This document shows, piece after piece, positions 52,603 to 64,000 of a stretch of DNA of 64,000 nucleotides. The stretch is from positions 39,914,083 through 39,978,082 of the forward strand of contig NC_057726.1 of NCBI RefSeq assembly GCF_004010195.1. Direction: 5' to 3'. Under the pieces are notes generated by a model. That model searched no databases. It was not told the origin of the DNA and was given only the letters and a program-made list of their open reading frames with translations. Position 1 is the stretch's first letter, and each line of letters opens with the position of its first letter. The DNA is from Chiloscyllium plagiosum (taxonomy: Eukaryota). Made by a program: the position numbers and the translations under genes.

Positions 52603-53587
52603 CTCCTGTTCCCTGGATGCTGCCTGACCTGCTGCGCTTTTCCAGCAACACATTTCCAGCTCTGATCTCCAGCATCTGCAGACCTTACTTTCTCCTTTAC
52701 TGTTAGATATTCTAGGTCCAGAGAGCAGTAATTTGCCAGGGTCGTCAGGTCTGAGCACCAAGAGGAATTGATTAGAAGGTAACCCCTCTGCCCTTTGCCT
52801 TGCCTGTGGATGCCATGCAGTCTACCCGGTGAATTGAGAAGCCCTCAGGTTGTAAGACACAGTCAGGTGAAGCATGAATCACAGTCAGGTGAAATGAGCC
52901 ATGTGTCTGTAAAATAGGGCACACAGCAATCTCACAAATCCCGTTGGTAGGTGAGTCCATCTTTAAGTTCGACAAGCTTGTTTTCAGTAGCTTGGATATT
53001 TGCCAGGAACATTTTGGGGATTTGAAACAGCATTGTTTCAGTCTCAGCTGCAGGCCAGTGTATCTCCCACATTTCCTGGGTAATTTTCCAAAGGGGAATC
53101 ACCCCAAAATAAGCAGCCTCTGTATGTGCAGAATTTTATTCAGTTGATTTTCCACAGCATCTGCTAGGTGCAATATCCTGAAATCAGATTGATCTTTCAC
53201 AGAAATTGAACAGAAGAAAATATCAGGCATTACACCCAGATCTTTCAGTGTGTGTTTCCAACAGACAAGGTTTTCCTGCTTGTGGTATGTAGAGAGTTCA
53301 CCACAGATGTATGACACTCATCTCACTTGATGGGTAAAAATTAGATATGGGCTGATGTTGAGTATAATCTTCCTTTATATTCAATACTGATAGCAACAAT
53401 AAATTTCATGTTGGATATGTATTTTATTTTTACATATTTATAGCCAGTTGGGAACAAATGCAATTTTATAATAATATAGCTTTGCTGGTGGCTACAATTC
53501 TGAGAAGTGAGTCCTGATTGACATGATGACCATAAGAATTAGGAACAGAGCAGGTGATTTAGCGCCTCAAATCTGCTCCAACAAGTA

Positions 53588-53976
53588 CAGTCAGTTCTTC
53601 TACAATACGATGGTTACATTCTTGTGCAGCCCCATGTTATAGAAAAATCATGCTTTGGAAACAGCGCTTACAGGTATTGCTGGTATAACGTGTGTTTCAT
53701 AACACAAATTGGCCGTAACACGATTGACAAATAGTGGATGCTGTTTGGATAGCACAAACTTTCTACTGCACAGGTATGGTGATTCTCTGGAGCGCAAGGT
53801 TGCACAGGAACACATCCATCACATTATACTAGAAATGCTTGTAAAGTGTTGGCGCTGTAATCATGTTACAGCCAACACATGCTTTAAACGTTCGCGCTGT
53901 GGAAACTGCATCCCAATTTGTCAATCGTGTTACAGCAGACTCACATTGATGAAACACATTATAACAGAGCGACCTG
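53588..53976. mobile_element. Putative Tc1/mariner (pogo/Tigger-like) MITE inserted in an old CR1 (~53530-54530)
   Basis: TA|CAG...CTG|TA ends with imperfect TIRs; CR1 sequence resumes on both sides. Confidence 0.55.
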
Positions 53977-56429
53977 TAATTGGATTATGATTGATCCGAC
54001 ATTTCTCATGTCCCTTTTCCCATAACCCTTGATTCTCCTAATGAACAAGAAACTATCTATCTCAGTCTTAAATATACACTTGCTTAAGTGTCTTCTTCCA
54101 AGTTATTTATATATATACTATATGCCAGTTTTAATCCCAGCACTGGTTCCTGTAGAATATCCCTGGACATGGGTTATGAACCCAAAAAAACCCCTTATCC
54201 CTCCACACTGTTTCCTGCCCATTAGCCAATTCTCTATTCATGCTATTATTATACTTCCTACATATCTTATGATTTAGTCTTGTGAGGTACCTTGTTGAAT
54301 GCCTTCTAGAAGTCAAAATGCAACACATTTACTAATTCTGCAGTTACTTCCATAATAAATTATAGCAATACTTTTCCAGCAATAGAGTTTAGGCTAATCG
54401 GCCTACAGTTATCCACTTTTTGCCTCCCTCCCTTTTTGAATAGAAGTGTCAGATTAGCAATTTTCCAATCTCCCATTACTTTGCCAGAATGTAATGATTT
54501 TTAGAAAAGACAATCGATGCATCCATTATCTAATTGCTTGTTTGATTTTGGAACTGATGTCAAATTAAAGAAATTTCTTTAATAACTCTTAAATTGAAGC
54601 AGCAAATTAGATTCAGTCAAGGGAAACTTGGAGATTTTGAGGCTCATAACCATGAAATATTGAAATATTAATTCAGGTAATAGCTAAAATAGGTCAACAA
54701 CAAGTCATGGACTCTCCTAACTCTTGAATAATGTGGGCAATGCCAAAAATTTGGGACAATTATGTGAGATGGCCAGCAAGGAGCAATAATCCCATTTTAC
54801 AACCAAGTGTTGAATAGCAGGAGATGATTCTTGCTCGAGAGTAGTGACAGGCCTATTTCGACAGTCATGGCAATGGCCTGAATTTTCCATCAGGACTAAT
54901 TCCCCACCCTAGCCCCCTTTGTGAAAAATCAATCTGGAGATTGCTAACTCAGAATCTGGTTGCCTCACAGTGATGGTCTGCTGGGAAAAGTCCTATTGAA
55001 TCAAAGTGGGACTCCTGCCAAGAGAGCTATTGGCCACTCTAATGGCCAGCCACACTGCCATTCCAGAATGTGTCTGCATTCAGTAGTGGCCTTATTCAGC
55101 CTACAGAGAAGTGTCATGGAGCCTTGATGTCAGGAAAGATTGGGATTTTGGACTAGGGTCCTTGAAAGACCCAGTAACAGAGGAAAGGAAGAGATAAAGG
55201 TTTTACAGACTGGGACAGATAGTGGATGGTGAAAACAATTTGGGAGGCTGTTGTCATTGCCTCCGATGGCCACAGGGTGCACCCCCCCCAAGGAGGTGCA
55301 CCCACGTTGTACTCAACAGAAGACCATGCAGTGAACACTACAATCCCCTGCTCCATGTAAATCAACAATGGAAGTAGAATGAGGACTTTAAATAGCCATA
55401 ACTGGCCACTTATGGGTTTCAAAAGGCAGAAGCCTGACAGTTTTGCCATCCAATGTATTGTGCAAGTCAGGTTTAAGGTTGGCAAGATGTTGGGGAAAAC
55501 ACCCGTTTTATTTTATAAGACCATGCCCCCATCTTCAAATCTGTCAGTTCCATGTGTGCGTTTCTACATTTTATCTGCATCTCTGTTTTGACGGCACTTT
55601 CTTTCAATGTTTTATCTGTGTATTAATAAAAAACTAAATCTTTTGCCCATGATGTGACTGAAATGTTCTGTTGTTCTATTCCACTCACAATTCCTTCTGA
55701 TTGGTTGTTTGATTTTCAACCAATACCTGCTCCTTTTTCTGACCATTAGTAGTTTTACTGAAATTGAGTTTTCAGTTTTGAAAAGAGTCTGGGATCAAAA
55801 AAATTAATTGCAGTCCCTCAAGATATGCTGACTGGCTTGCTGAATGAATCTAGTATTTTCTGCTTGAGTTACAAAATCAAAATTGCATTTAATAAAAATT
55901 TATACAGAACATTCTATGTGCCAATAAAAAAATCTGCAATAGTATTAAATGTGCGTGTATGTCTATTCCTTGAAATCATTTTAATACCTTCGTACTGATC
56001 TTTCCAACTTCCTTGCTAATATATTTATAACTCAGATGTAATTCAGAATTCCAGACTGAAATACAATGCACAGAACTAGAGAGTCTTTCTACTTATATGA
56101 TTATAATCAAAGTTTAGTTATAGTTTTGGTTTGAATGCAGAAATATATTGTGCATCTCAAAGTACTAAAAGTGAAATGTTTAATCAATTACCATGAGAAT
56201 TTCAATTTCACTTTCATATCAATTAAACTACTTAGAGATAACTCATTGGCTTATCTTGAATGTACTAAACTGAAATAGCTCAACAGAGAAGCAGCATGTT
56301 AACAAGGAAGTGTGTTTGAAATATTGCTGGTTACTTTCTGGAGAGGAAACCTTGCGACTACATTTTGCTTTCTCAATATCTCACAATAACAAAACACTCC
56401 AACAGATTATATTAGTTAATAAAAAATAC

Positions 56430-56554
56430 CTCTCTTCATCATATGTCTTTCCAAATAATATATTTTCTCTGACATTCCCATGAAATATCCATGCTTGCTG
56501 CGACACGAAAGCAAGTGATCCATTGATAGCTACCACACCATTGTGTAAAACCAT
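56430..56554 (-). CDS. ABCC12: ABCC12-like exon (125 nt) MVLHNGVVAINGSLAFVSQQAWIFHGNVRENILFGKTYDEER, Q-loop
   Basis: Hand translation; CAG acceptor, GTATT donor; phase 0 to 2. Confidence 0.96.
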
Positions 56555-56841
56555 CTGCATTAAGAGAAAAATTTCAAATTATAATTGATCATTCAGACCT
56601 CTGGTAAGACTTTCTACCTTCCAAACTCGTTGATCAAATAAAATTTATCATTTTCCTCAAAATTATTGGGTCAGAGTTTTTGGAGTAAGGCACCTTGTGG
56701 TGAAATGCCACTGTTGGATGGTTCCCCCTTGCCCTTAAGCTCCAACAAGAATGGTCTGCAGATTGCAGGGATTGTGAATTGCTAATTGCAGCACAGTCTC
56801 TGAAACATTGGTGAAAGACTAATTAACAATTTGCAGAATCA

Positions 56842-56970
56842 TTCCTGATCAACGGTTTATACCCGAAACGTCGACTCTGCTGCTCCTCGGATGCTGCCTG
56901 ACCTGCTGTGTTTTTCCAGCACAACACTTCTCAACTCTGATCTCCAGCATCCGCAGTCCTCACTTTCTCC
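56842..56970 (+). mobile_element. PLE family A terminal unit (129 bp) with 15-bp TSD caatttgc(a/t)gaatca
   Basis: TSD at 56827-56841 and 56971-56985; begins ttcctgatcaacggtttatacccgaaacgtc (mutated hammerhead). Confidence 0.87.
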
Positions 56971-58721
56971 CAATTTGCTGAATCAATTAAGTGTCATGAA
57001 AGTGAACAAAAGAGAAAAGGAAATAAGGTGAAATAAGGTTAATTAGATACAGAAGGAGAAATAAAGTAAGAGAAGAAAGAATTGATTAAACAAGAAAATG
57101 TAGGCGCAAATGATTAGTAAGAAAAGCAATTTAAAAAATTGAAAATGCCAGAACAAAGCATTAAGAGAAAATAGTGAACTCAAATAATATGATTTTAAAC
57201 AGAAGGTAGCAATTCCAGCTGTACTGCTGAACATAGAATGGTCTGAAACTTCCCCTGCTGCCTTCATCCAGCTAGGTATGATCCTTTAGGAGAGCAGCAA
57301 AGCCTTGTGGCTGAGTTCTTGGTCTGTGCATATCTTTCCTAAATGCTGCTTTCCTTTATCCTGGGGGATTGATTGTCCTCCATTTTTACTTCCTGATGAA
57401 GCTCAATTACAGCCAAGATTGACACTTGAGGAGACTTCTTCTGACTAGGAGATAGGATTACGGCAGGAGGGGAGTAAAATTGGGGAGGAGGGAACTGTGT
57501 TGGATTGGATCCCCAAACATGTCCTGCCATTGGGGGAATTTTAGCAACAGCAGGACTTCCTTCTGGCAGGTTTCCTACCACAAGTAGTTAAAAAGCAGAT
57601 TTAAATATTTAAATGCCCTCCAAAGAATCATTTTATCAGGCCGTCAATAGTGTGCCAATGGCAGACTAATCTTCCCACTGGACGGACAGACTGAAATAAC
57701 TCTGTAGATGCAAGCATCCCAATACCAATCTACCTTTATTTATAACTGCATAGCCTTTGACATGAACACTGTCTTTCACTAGGTTATGCATTCAGGGGGA
57801 CAAATATCCCTGACATTCAGCCTTTTATGTCAGTCGGGTCTCCCTGATTGGACCAGATTGCATTAAAAATCCTGTAGTGTCACGTGCATCCAATATAAAA
57901 CAGTGAAGTGTGTACTCCTGCTCATTCATAATTCACCGCCATTCACTGAATTAAGAAAATGAAAAATATATCTGAAGGTGAGGTCAATGTTTCCTTCTCC
58001 ACTGCTACAGCACACCAGAGACCCGCTCTGGGCTTCCTAGCCACACACCATGCCACAGAGAGTGTTCCACTCCAGGCTTCCCAGCTCACGCCATTACTGC
58101 TTTCAGAGGCCTACTCCTCACAGAAGAGAAAGTCTCGCTCCAGGCTTCAAAGGCCAATCAAATGTGTCTGCAGCCAGGCTGCCTCTGAAAACACCACCAC
58201 TGCTCCGTATCCCATCAAAGCTGAAGAGCTGCCTTTTTCAGGTAACTTTGAGGGAATAAAAAGGGGTAGAAGAAAAAAGAAAAGTGCAGACAAGGAGGAC
58301 ACTCCTAGGCACAAGAGCCCAAATGCTCCCTACTCTGCTGATGTCATCTTGATCCAATCAAGGAACTCGTATTCTATTATGCCCATCTGGCTGACCTCAT
58401 TAAGTCATTTCAGAGGCCACCAGCTGCATGTAGACAGTCTTCCTATGGCATCCTGGGAGAGGTATTTTTTCAAGTGGTGGGCTTTGACCAGAGAAATTAT
58501 TTCAGAGATGTTGCCTCTCCATCAATGTAATTTTTATTTTTAACTTAAATTTTCTTTGGCCTACCTGGACAGCAAATCACAGTAGCAGGTTGTTCTTGAA
58601 TGTCCACCCATGAAATCAAAAGGCAAGTCACATTGGCCAGCCAAGCATGCAGTCGACACAGATTTCCAATCATTGTCAGGGCTCCAATCTTTATGGGAAA
58701 ATTCTTCCCTACATTCTATAG

Positions 58722-59240
58722 GTTGTTGTGGTTCTGTTCACCGAGCTGGAAGTTTTTGTTGCAAACGTTTCGTCCCCTGGCTAGGCGACATCATCAGTGC
58801 TTGGGAGCCTCCTGCGAAGCGCTTCTTTGATGTTTCCTCCGGTGTTTATAGTGGTCTGTCCCTGCCGCTTCCGGTTGTCAGTTTCAGCTGTCCGCTGTAG
58901 TGGTTGGTATATTGGGTCCAGGTCGATGTGTTTGTTGATGGAGTTTGTGGATGAATGCCATGCCTCTAGGAATTCCCTGGCTGTTCTCTGTCTGGCTTGC
59001 CCTATGATAGTAGTGTTGTCCCAGTCGAATTCATGTTGCTTGTTGTCTGCATGTGTGGCTACTAAGGATAGCTGGTCGTGTCGTTTCGTGGCTAGTTGAT
59101 GTTCATGTATGCGGATTGTTAGCTGTCTTCCTGTTTGTCGCCTAGCCAGGGGACGAAACGTTTGCAACAAAAACTTCCAGCTCGGCGAACAGAACCACAA
59201 CAACAAGCACCCGAGCTACAAATCTTCGCACAAACTTTGA
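58722..59240. mobile_element. Penelope-like family C insertion: minus-strand GIY-YIG C-terminus plus inverted pLTR end, TSD attctatag(g)
   Basis: ORF 58781..59206 (QTGRQLTIRIHEH...HEFDWDN...REFLEAWHS); arms 58722-58790 and 59136-59204; TSD at 58713-58722 and 59241-59250. Confidence 0.9.
58761..58800 (-). ncRNA. Minimal hammerhead ribozyme motif (family C)
   Basis: Minus strand GCA-CUGAUGA-U-GUCGCCU-AGCC-AGGGGAC-GAAA-CG-UU-UGC; stem I GCA/UGC. Confidence 0.75.
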
Positions 59241-59439
59241 ATTCTATAGGTTTTTAAAAGCTCTAACATGGGCTAAAGTGTACCTGTTTCACTATAGCTT
59301 CACTAATTTTGATAATCGACTAGTTTATATCTTTAATCACAGACAGACTAAAACATATAGATCTGATCACATTTATTAAACAATCCGATTGTGTGAATGA
59401 ATTTCAAAAAAGATGTACAGCATAATGTTTCTTTATAAT

Positions 59440-59793
59440 TTAGAATAGAGCCCCTACAGTGTGGAAATAGGCTATTCAGCCCAACAAGTCCATACTGACC
59501 CTCCAAAGAGTATCACACCCAGACCATTACCCTGCCCTATTACTCTACATTTACCCCTGACGAATGCACCTAACCTACACATCTCTGAATGTTATGGACA
59601 ACTTAGCATGGCCAATTCACCTAACCTGCACATTTTTGGGTTGTGGAAAGAAACCGGAGCACCCGGAGGAAACCCATGCAGACACGGTGAGAATGTGCAA
59701 ACTCCAAACAGACAGTCGCCCAAGGCTGGAATCAAACCTGGGTCGCTGGCACTGTGAGGTAACAGTGATAACCACTGAGCCACCATGCTGCCC
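59440..59793 (-). mobile_element. HE1-type V-SINE, full length
   Basis: Homologous to 51109-51424. Confidence 0.9.
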
Positions 59794-59883
59794 AATTTCT
59801 TCCTATATACTTAAGAAAACTGGTTTGATCTATGTATGGTATTAGCAATTTTCACTTGGTTACTAAATCCAAAATGTGCTTAC

Positions 59884-59955
59884 CTGTCCCAGTAGAGCAG
59901 ATATTAAAGAACTTTTTCCACTTCCTACATTTCCACAAACTCCTAAGAGTGACCC
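59884..59955 (-). CDS. ABCC12: ABCC12-like exon (72 nt) GSLLGVCGNVGSGKSSLISALLGQ, Walker A of NBD1
   Basis: Hand translation; CAG acceptor, GTAAG donor; GxxGxGKS. Confidence 0.97.
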
Positions 59956-60061
59956 CTGAGAGAAAAAAAATCCATATTAAGATTTAATTTATTAGACCTC
60001 AGACATGTCCTCAAATGTAAGATGTACCAGTTTAACAGGTGTAATATCTGTGACCATGTAC

Positions 60062-60346
60062 CTTTTCCAAACTGAAGCTAATACCATGGAGAGTCGTTAA
60101 TACAATGCTGTCTTTTTCTGCTGATGTTTTAGATGTAAGTTCTGGCAGTTGACCAGAACTATTGGGGTCATTTGCTCCATTTGCTTTAGAAACTTTTTTT
60201 CCTTTTGGCACCTTGTCAGCAGGATTTAATGTTCCATTACCATTTGTATTGTCCCATGAAAGTGAAGCATTTTCCATCAGCACGGCGTATGGAGAGTCTT
60301 TCATACTTTTCACGTATACAACAGGATCTTTCATGACGAGAATTTT
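60062..60346 (-). CDS. ABCC12: ABCC12-like exon (285 nt) KILVMKDPVVYVK...LHGISFSLEK, start of NBD1
   Basis: ORF 60032..60334; TAG acceptor, GTACA donor; MENASLSW motif. Confidence 0.93.
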
Positions 60347-60491
60347 CTAATAATAAAGTAAATTTTTGAAAGGAACATAAGTGCACAAATCTGAATTAGA
60401 ACTTTAATAATTGCTTAAATATGCTTCTATAAACAACGTGCATATATTTAAAACAATAAATGTAAAATTATTATCAAAGTTACTAATTTAC

Positions 60492-60599
60492 CTTTAACCT
60501 CCGTAAAGAAATTTTAGCCTCAGCAAATGCTTTAACTGAATATGGCAGACTGGCCAATGAAAATTTCATTGAATTGAAAACTGCAATCACGGTAAATGC
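60492..60599 (-). CDS. ABCC12: ABCC12-like exon (108 nt) AFTVIAVFNSMKFSLASLPYSVKAFAEAKISLRRLK
   Basis: Hand translation; AAG acceptor, GTAAA donor; last TM helix of TMD1. Confidence 0.95.
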
Positions 60600-60697
60600 C
60601 TTGAGTGATGAGAAAAAAAATATATAAAGGAACAAATTTACAGATAGTCAGGATAACACTAAGTGTGTTATTAAATGTTCTTTTCTTCTAATCTTAC

Positions 60698-60846
60698 CGT
60701 GGATGCTGTCAATTCGTATCCCAGGAGTGTGTGTACAACAAATGTGAGGACTGTGGCCAATGTTGGTACAATAGGAGTAACTGAAGTATTCACACTTTGA
60801 ACATATCCTGCTTTTTCTAATATCTTTCGTTCAGTTTTACGAACAT
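60698..60846 (-). CDS. ABCC12: ABCC12-like exon (149 nt) DVRKTERKILEKAGYVQSVNTSVTPIVPTLATVLTFVVHTLLGYELTAST
   Basis: Hand translation; CAG acceptor, GTAAG donor; phase 1 to 0. Confidence 0.95.
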
Positions 60847-61034
60847 CTGTTTCAGAAAATTAACAGCACAAATTGTCTGCATCAGCCAACATCTAATGTC
60901 CCTTAAGATCCATAAAACTTATGTAATTTAAAATATGCGTTATTCCTTGTTTCTGGGTACTGATATTTCATGTTTTGAATTATAAAGATAACATAAAGCT
61001 ACTGTTATGTTTACATTCTATATATATATATGTA

Positions 61035-61211
61035 CAGAGGAATCTCGATTATCCGAACGACATGAGCGGGGAGTATTGTGTTCGGATAATCAAATATTTG
61101 GATAATCGAATGTTCGGATAACACAGTTTAGCCAAGCATCAGGACCTTGCGATCTTTTTCAGATAATCCAAAATGCAGATAATTGATGTTCAGATAATCG
61201 AGGTTCCTCTG
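61035..61211. mobile_element. 177-bp MITE, pogo/Tigger-like, 24-bp TIRs, TA target duplication
   Basis: cagaggaatctcgattatccgaac versus reverse complement cagaggaacctcgattatctgaac (22/24); TA at 61033-34 and 61212-13; internal gataatc repeats. Confidence 0.85.
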
Positions 61212-61333
61212 TATACACACACACACATATGTATACACACACACGCACAAAGACAATTCAGGTTTAAAAAAAAGCATGGCTTTAATGAATGAACAACTTT
61301 TACTCCAGTTCACTGAAAAATGTGTTTTCTTAC

Positions 61334-61481
61334 CATGAATAGTACGTGCAAATGATTTCTCCCATGCATACATTTTTATCAGTTTTATATATGTCAAAAC
61401 TTCATTCATTAATCGCACCCGAGTATCTGTCTGAACAATGGTTTTGCGTCGAAATCCTGTAGTAAGTTGTGCCATTAACAG
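61334..61481 (-). CDS. ABCC12: ABCC12-like exon (148 nt) LLMAQLTTGFRRKTIVQTDTRVRLMNEVLTYIKLIKMYAWEKSFARTIH
   Basis: TAG acceptor, GTAAG donor; IKLIKMYAWE motif of ABCC TMD1; phase 0 to 1. Confidence 0.95.
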
Positions 61482-62289
61482 CTAGAACCAATAAATATCA
61501 CAAATAATCTCATGATGTATTCTAAACTTCCTGTATGCCAATTTCACAAAAAAGCTTCTGAACTTCAAGGCATTTGATTGAGAAAAGAACGCAAGAAAAT
61601 AGCAGCTGAGAAATAAAGAATACCTTTCAGAATATTTTTCCAAAAATAAATGTATATTGTTGATAGGGAAACGTAGAAGAGGCAAAGATGGTGCTAAAGT
61701 AAATTAATAATGGAAAAAGATATTAAACAGGTAAGAAAGACATGCTTTGTGCAATCTTTCAAGAAACCAATGAAGGGAAATACAAATATAGGAACATAAA
61801 AAAAAATGATAGTCAAAGATTAATAGTAAGCTCAGCAATTTTAGTTGTCAAAAGCGTTCATGACAGTAAGAAATTCTTCCAAATTTATAATGATAATTGT
61901 TTCAAGATAAATAGAAATTGAAAAATAATTGTTCCATTAGAATAGAAATAATCATTAGAGAAGTTAGCAGTAACATGTCATCCATCATTAATGGCTCTCT
62001 ACCTAAATTTATCATAACTTAAAAACAATGTGCCTTCATGAATGGATCCTACATACCTGACAGTGTTAACTGAGACAGCAACAAACAAACATTGCATTTA
62101 TTTAACACCTTGTACACATGCAAAATGATAACAAAGCTCATTTTGTGTGGAACCTGGCATCAGTAAATGATCTGTCCTTGATTCACTCTCCAGCAAAATT
62201 TATGGAAAAGAACATTGGGTGGCACATAAAACAGTTTGATAATTGATCATTACAAATTTTGTTGCCATGTAAAATTTCAGTCCTAGTAT

Positions 62290-62630
62290 CCCTATAGTGT
62301 GTAAACAGGCCCTTTGGCCCAACAAGTTCACACTGACCCTTCAAAGAGTAACCCACCCAGACCCATTCCCTGAAACTACTACTCTACATTTACCCCTAGC
62401 TAATGCACCTAATCTACACACGGCTGAACACTATGGGCAATTTAGCATGGCCAATTCACCTGACCCACACCGTGGACCGTGGGAGGAAACTAGAGCACCC
62501 GGAGGAAGCCCACACAGGCACAGGGAGAATGTGCAAACTCCACACAGACACTTGCACGAGGACGGAATCAAACCCAGGCCCCTGGTGCTGTGACGCAGCA
62601 GTGCTAATCATTGCTTCACCGTGCTGCCCC
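62290..62630 (-). mobile_element. HE1-type V-SINE, full length
   Basis: Homologous to 51109-51424. Confidence 0.88.
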
Positions 62631-63660
62631 TGAATGGCCTGCTATATATAATATTTAACGAGTGCTGTTAACAATCTCAAAAATCACAGAATTAGGAATG
62701 TAAGAAAAATCTCATAAATTGGAAATAAACTAATAAAACAGTAAGACCACAAGATGAATGAACAGAAGCAGGCTATTCAGCATAAAGTTCACTATGCCAT
62801 TTAATTAAGTCCTTGCTGATGTAATGGATATGTTTATATAATTGATATATTTTGAAGAAAATTGACAAAGCTAACTGAGGTAAACTTGGATTTAGTCCTG
62901 CACTAGCAATCCACAAAATAATTACTCATCAAGGTTGCAGACCACTTGTTTCAAAACTAGCAAGCAGCAATTAATTTGAGTTCAGAACATGATGATCTTG
63001 CTCAACCGTTAATGTCAACGTTTTGAGAAAATGAAATCCTAAATGAACATTAGAAAGCTTTACATTACATCCTCGATGCACTCCTCTACTGTGGTGTGAC
63101 TTGCTGATTGTGCCTATTAGATGCATAAATCCCTTGGAAGCTGACAAAGAAGTATCAAACATGTCAAGAACTGTCAAGACAGGTCAAGCTTAAAAGGAAC
63201 TGTTGAAAAATGTCAAAACCATCTGTAAATATTAAAAAAGTATCAAATATATCTAATAGCAACAAAGTGGCAAACCTGTTAACAGTCAAAATTTATTTTA
63301 ATTGAATGAAGCTTCTTTTCTCAAATACAATCTAATCTGCAAGATGGAACTTTACATATAAACAAATTAAGAACAAGGATAGGGTCATGCAGCTCCTGGA
63401 GCTCACTTTGCCATTCAGAGCTGATCTGATTATTCCACATTCCTGCCCACTCTATTATCTGTCTTTCCTCTTGCTTGTCAAGAACATAGTCCAAGACTCT
63501 GCTTCTATTCCTTTTGAGAAAAAGAGTTCCAAAAACCTACAACTATCTTTCAAAAAATAATTCTCCTTTCTTGAAGCCCTTTATTTGAAACAGTAATTTC
63601 TAGTTCTGGATTTTCCTTGACACGTGCATTCTGTCTAGATTCCTCAGGACCTTATGTGTT

Positions 63661-64000
63661 AGTGAGTTTTGAGAAGATTTGTGATTCAGATTGAGGTTCT
63701 GGATTTGGGTTTGCTTGCTAAGCTGGAAGGTTCATTTTCAGATGTTTCGTCACCATACTAGGTAACATCATCAGGTAGCCTCAAGATGAAGTACTGGTGG
63801 CATGACCCACTTTGTATTTATGTGTTTAAGTTTCCTTGGGTTGGTGATGTAATTTCATGTGGTGATATCATTTCCTGTTCTTTTTCTCCGAGGATGGTAA
63901 ATGGGCTCCAAGTCAATGTGTTTGTTGATAGAGTTCAGGTTGGAATGCCATGCTTCTAGGAATTCTTGTGCATGTCTCTGTTTGGCTTGTCCTAGGATGG
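63661..64000 (-). mobile_element. Penelope-like family C relative (GIY-YIG end and pLTR), runs off the window; hammerhead motif at ~63738-63775
   Basis: ILGQAKQRHAQEFLEAWHSNLNSINKHIDL on minus strand; CUGAUGA-U-GUUACC-UAGUAU-GGUGAC-GAAA-CA-UC. Confidence 0.85.

Larger units (their letters stand above)
51032..52695. mobile_element. Rearranged Penelope-like family A element (RT and GIY-YIG pieces on both strands) with 15-bp TSD tttactgttagatat
   Basis: RYIDD RT motif (51470..51670 +); SLYTSIP...GVAMGT (51496..51882 -); VAQHFN...EERLIFRLGTLQPQGMN (52188..52415 +); TSD at 51019-51033 and 52696-52710. Confidence 0.92.
48560..53020 (-). mobile_element. Rex/Babar-clade LINE, long degenerate ORF, split by two PLE insertions
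   Basis: ORFs 49801..50424 (VPTCFKKTTVIPVPKK...LNDYRSVDLTSIIVKCFEKLV), 48854..49120 (FYRCTIESIL), 50657..50914. Confidence 0.85.

Noticed and set aside
57959..58543. 194-aa plus-strand ORF
   Set aside because: No recognisable domain, antisense within an intron and low-complexity composition; likely a chance ORF in decayed repeat sequence.
62050..62100. Donor-like CAG|GTATGT on the minus strand as a further upstream exon
   Set aside because: The upstream sequence does not translate into ABCC-like protein; the preceding exon is probably beyond 64000.

Overview
Eukaryotic, AT-rich vertebrate DNA, almost certainly from an elasmobranch (shark/ray), because it carries HE1-type V-SINEs, young CR1 LINEs and DeuSINE remnants. 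The whole window lies inside one minus-strand gene, an ABCC-family ABC transporter best matching ABCC12 (MRP9). I traced 17 GT-AG exons from 61481 down to 2085. They splice in frame to 2433 nt (811 codons), covering the end of TMD1, NBD1 (Walker A GNVGSGKS, signature LSGGQ, Walker B YLLDD), the linker and most of TMD2; both gene ends lie outside the window. The introns are packed with retroelements (CR1, L1, RTE, Rex/Babar, HE1 SINEs, DeuSINEs), two TA-flanked MITEs and many Penelope-like element (PLE) pieces. The most interesting signal is in the PLEs. At least three sequence-distinct families each carry a minimal hammerhead ribozyme (CUGAnGA-hairpin-GAAA-palindrome-UH). Many short insertions, and several fold-back inversions, break at or inside this ribozyme, giving ~90-130 bp ribozyme-led units, several with target-site duplications. 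Other notable points are a microhomology-bounded templated insertion inside a CR1 and inverted CR1 pairs bracketing exons. Repeat family names come from motif recognition, not database searches, and repeat boundaries are approximate.
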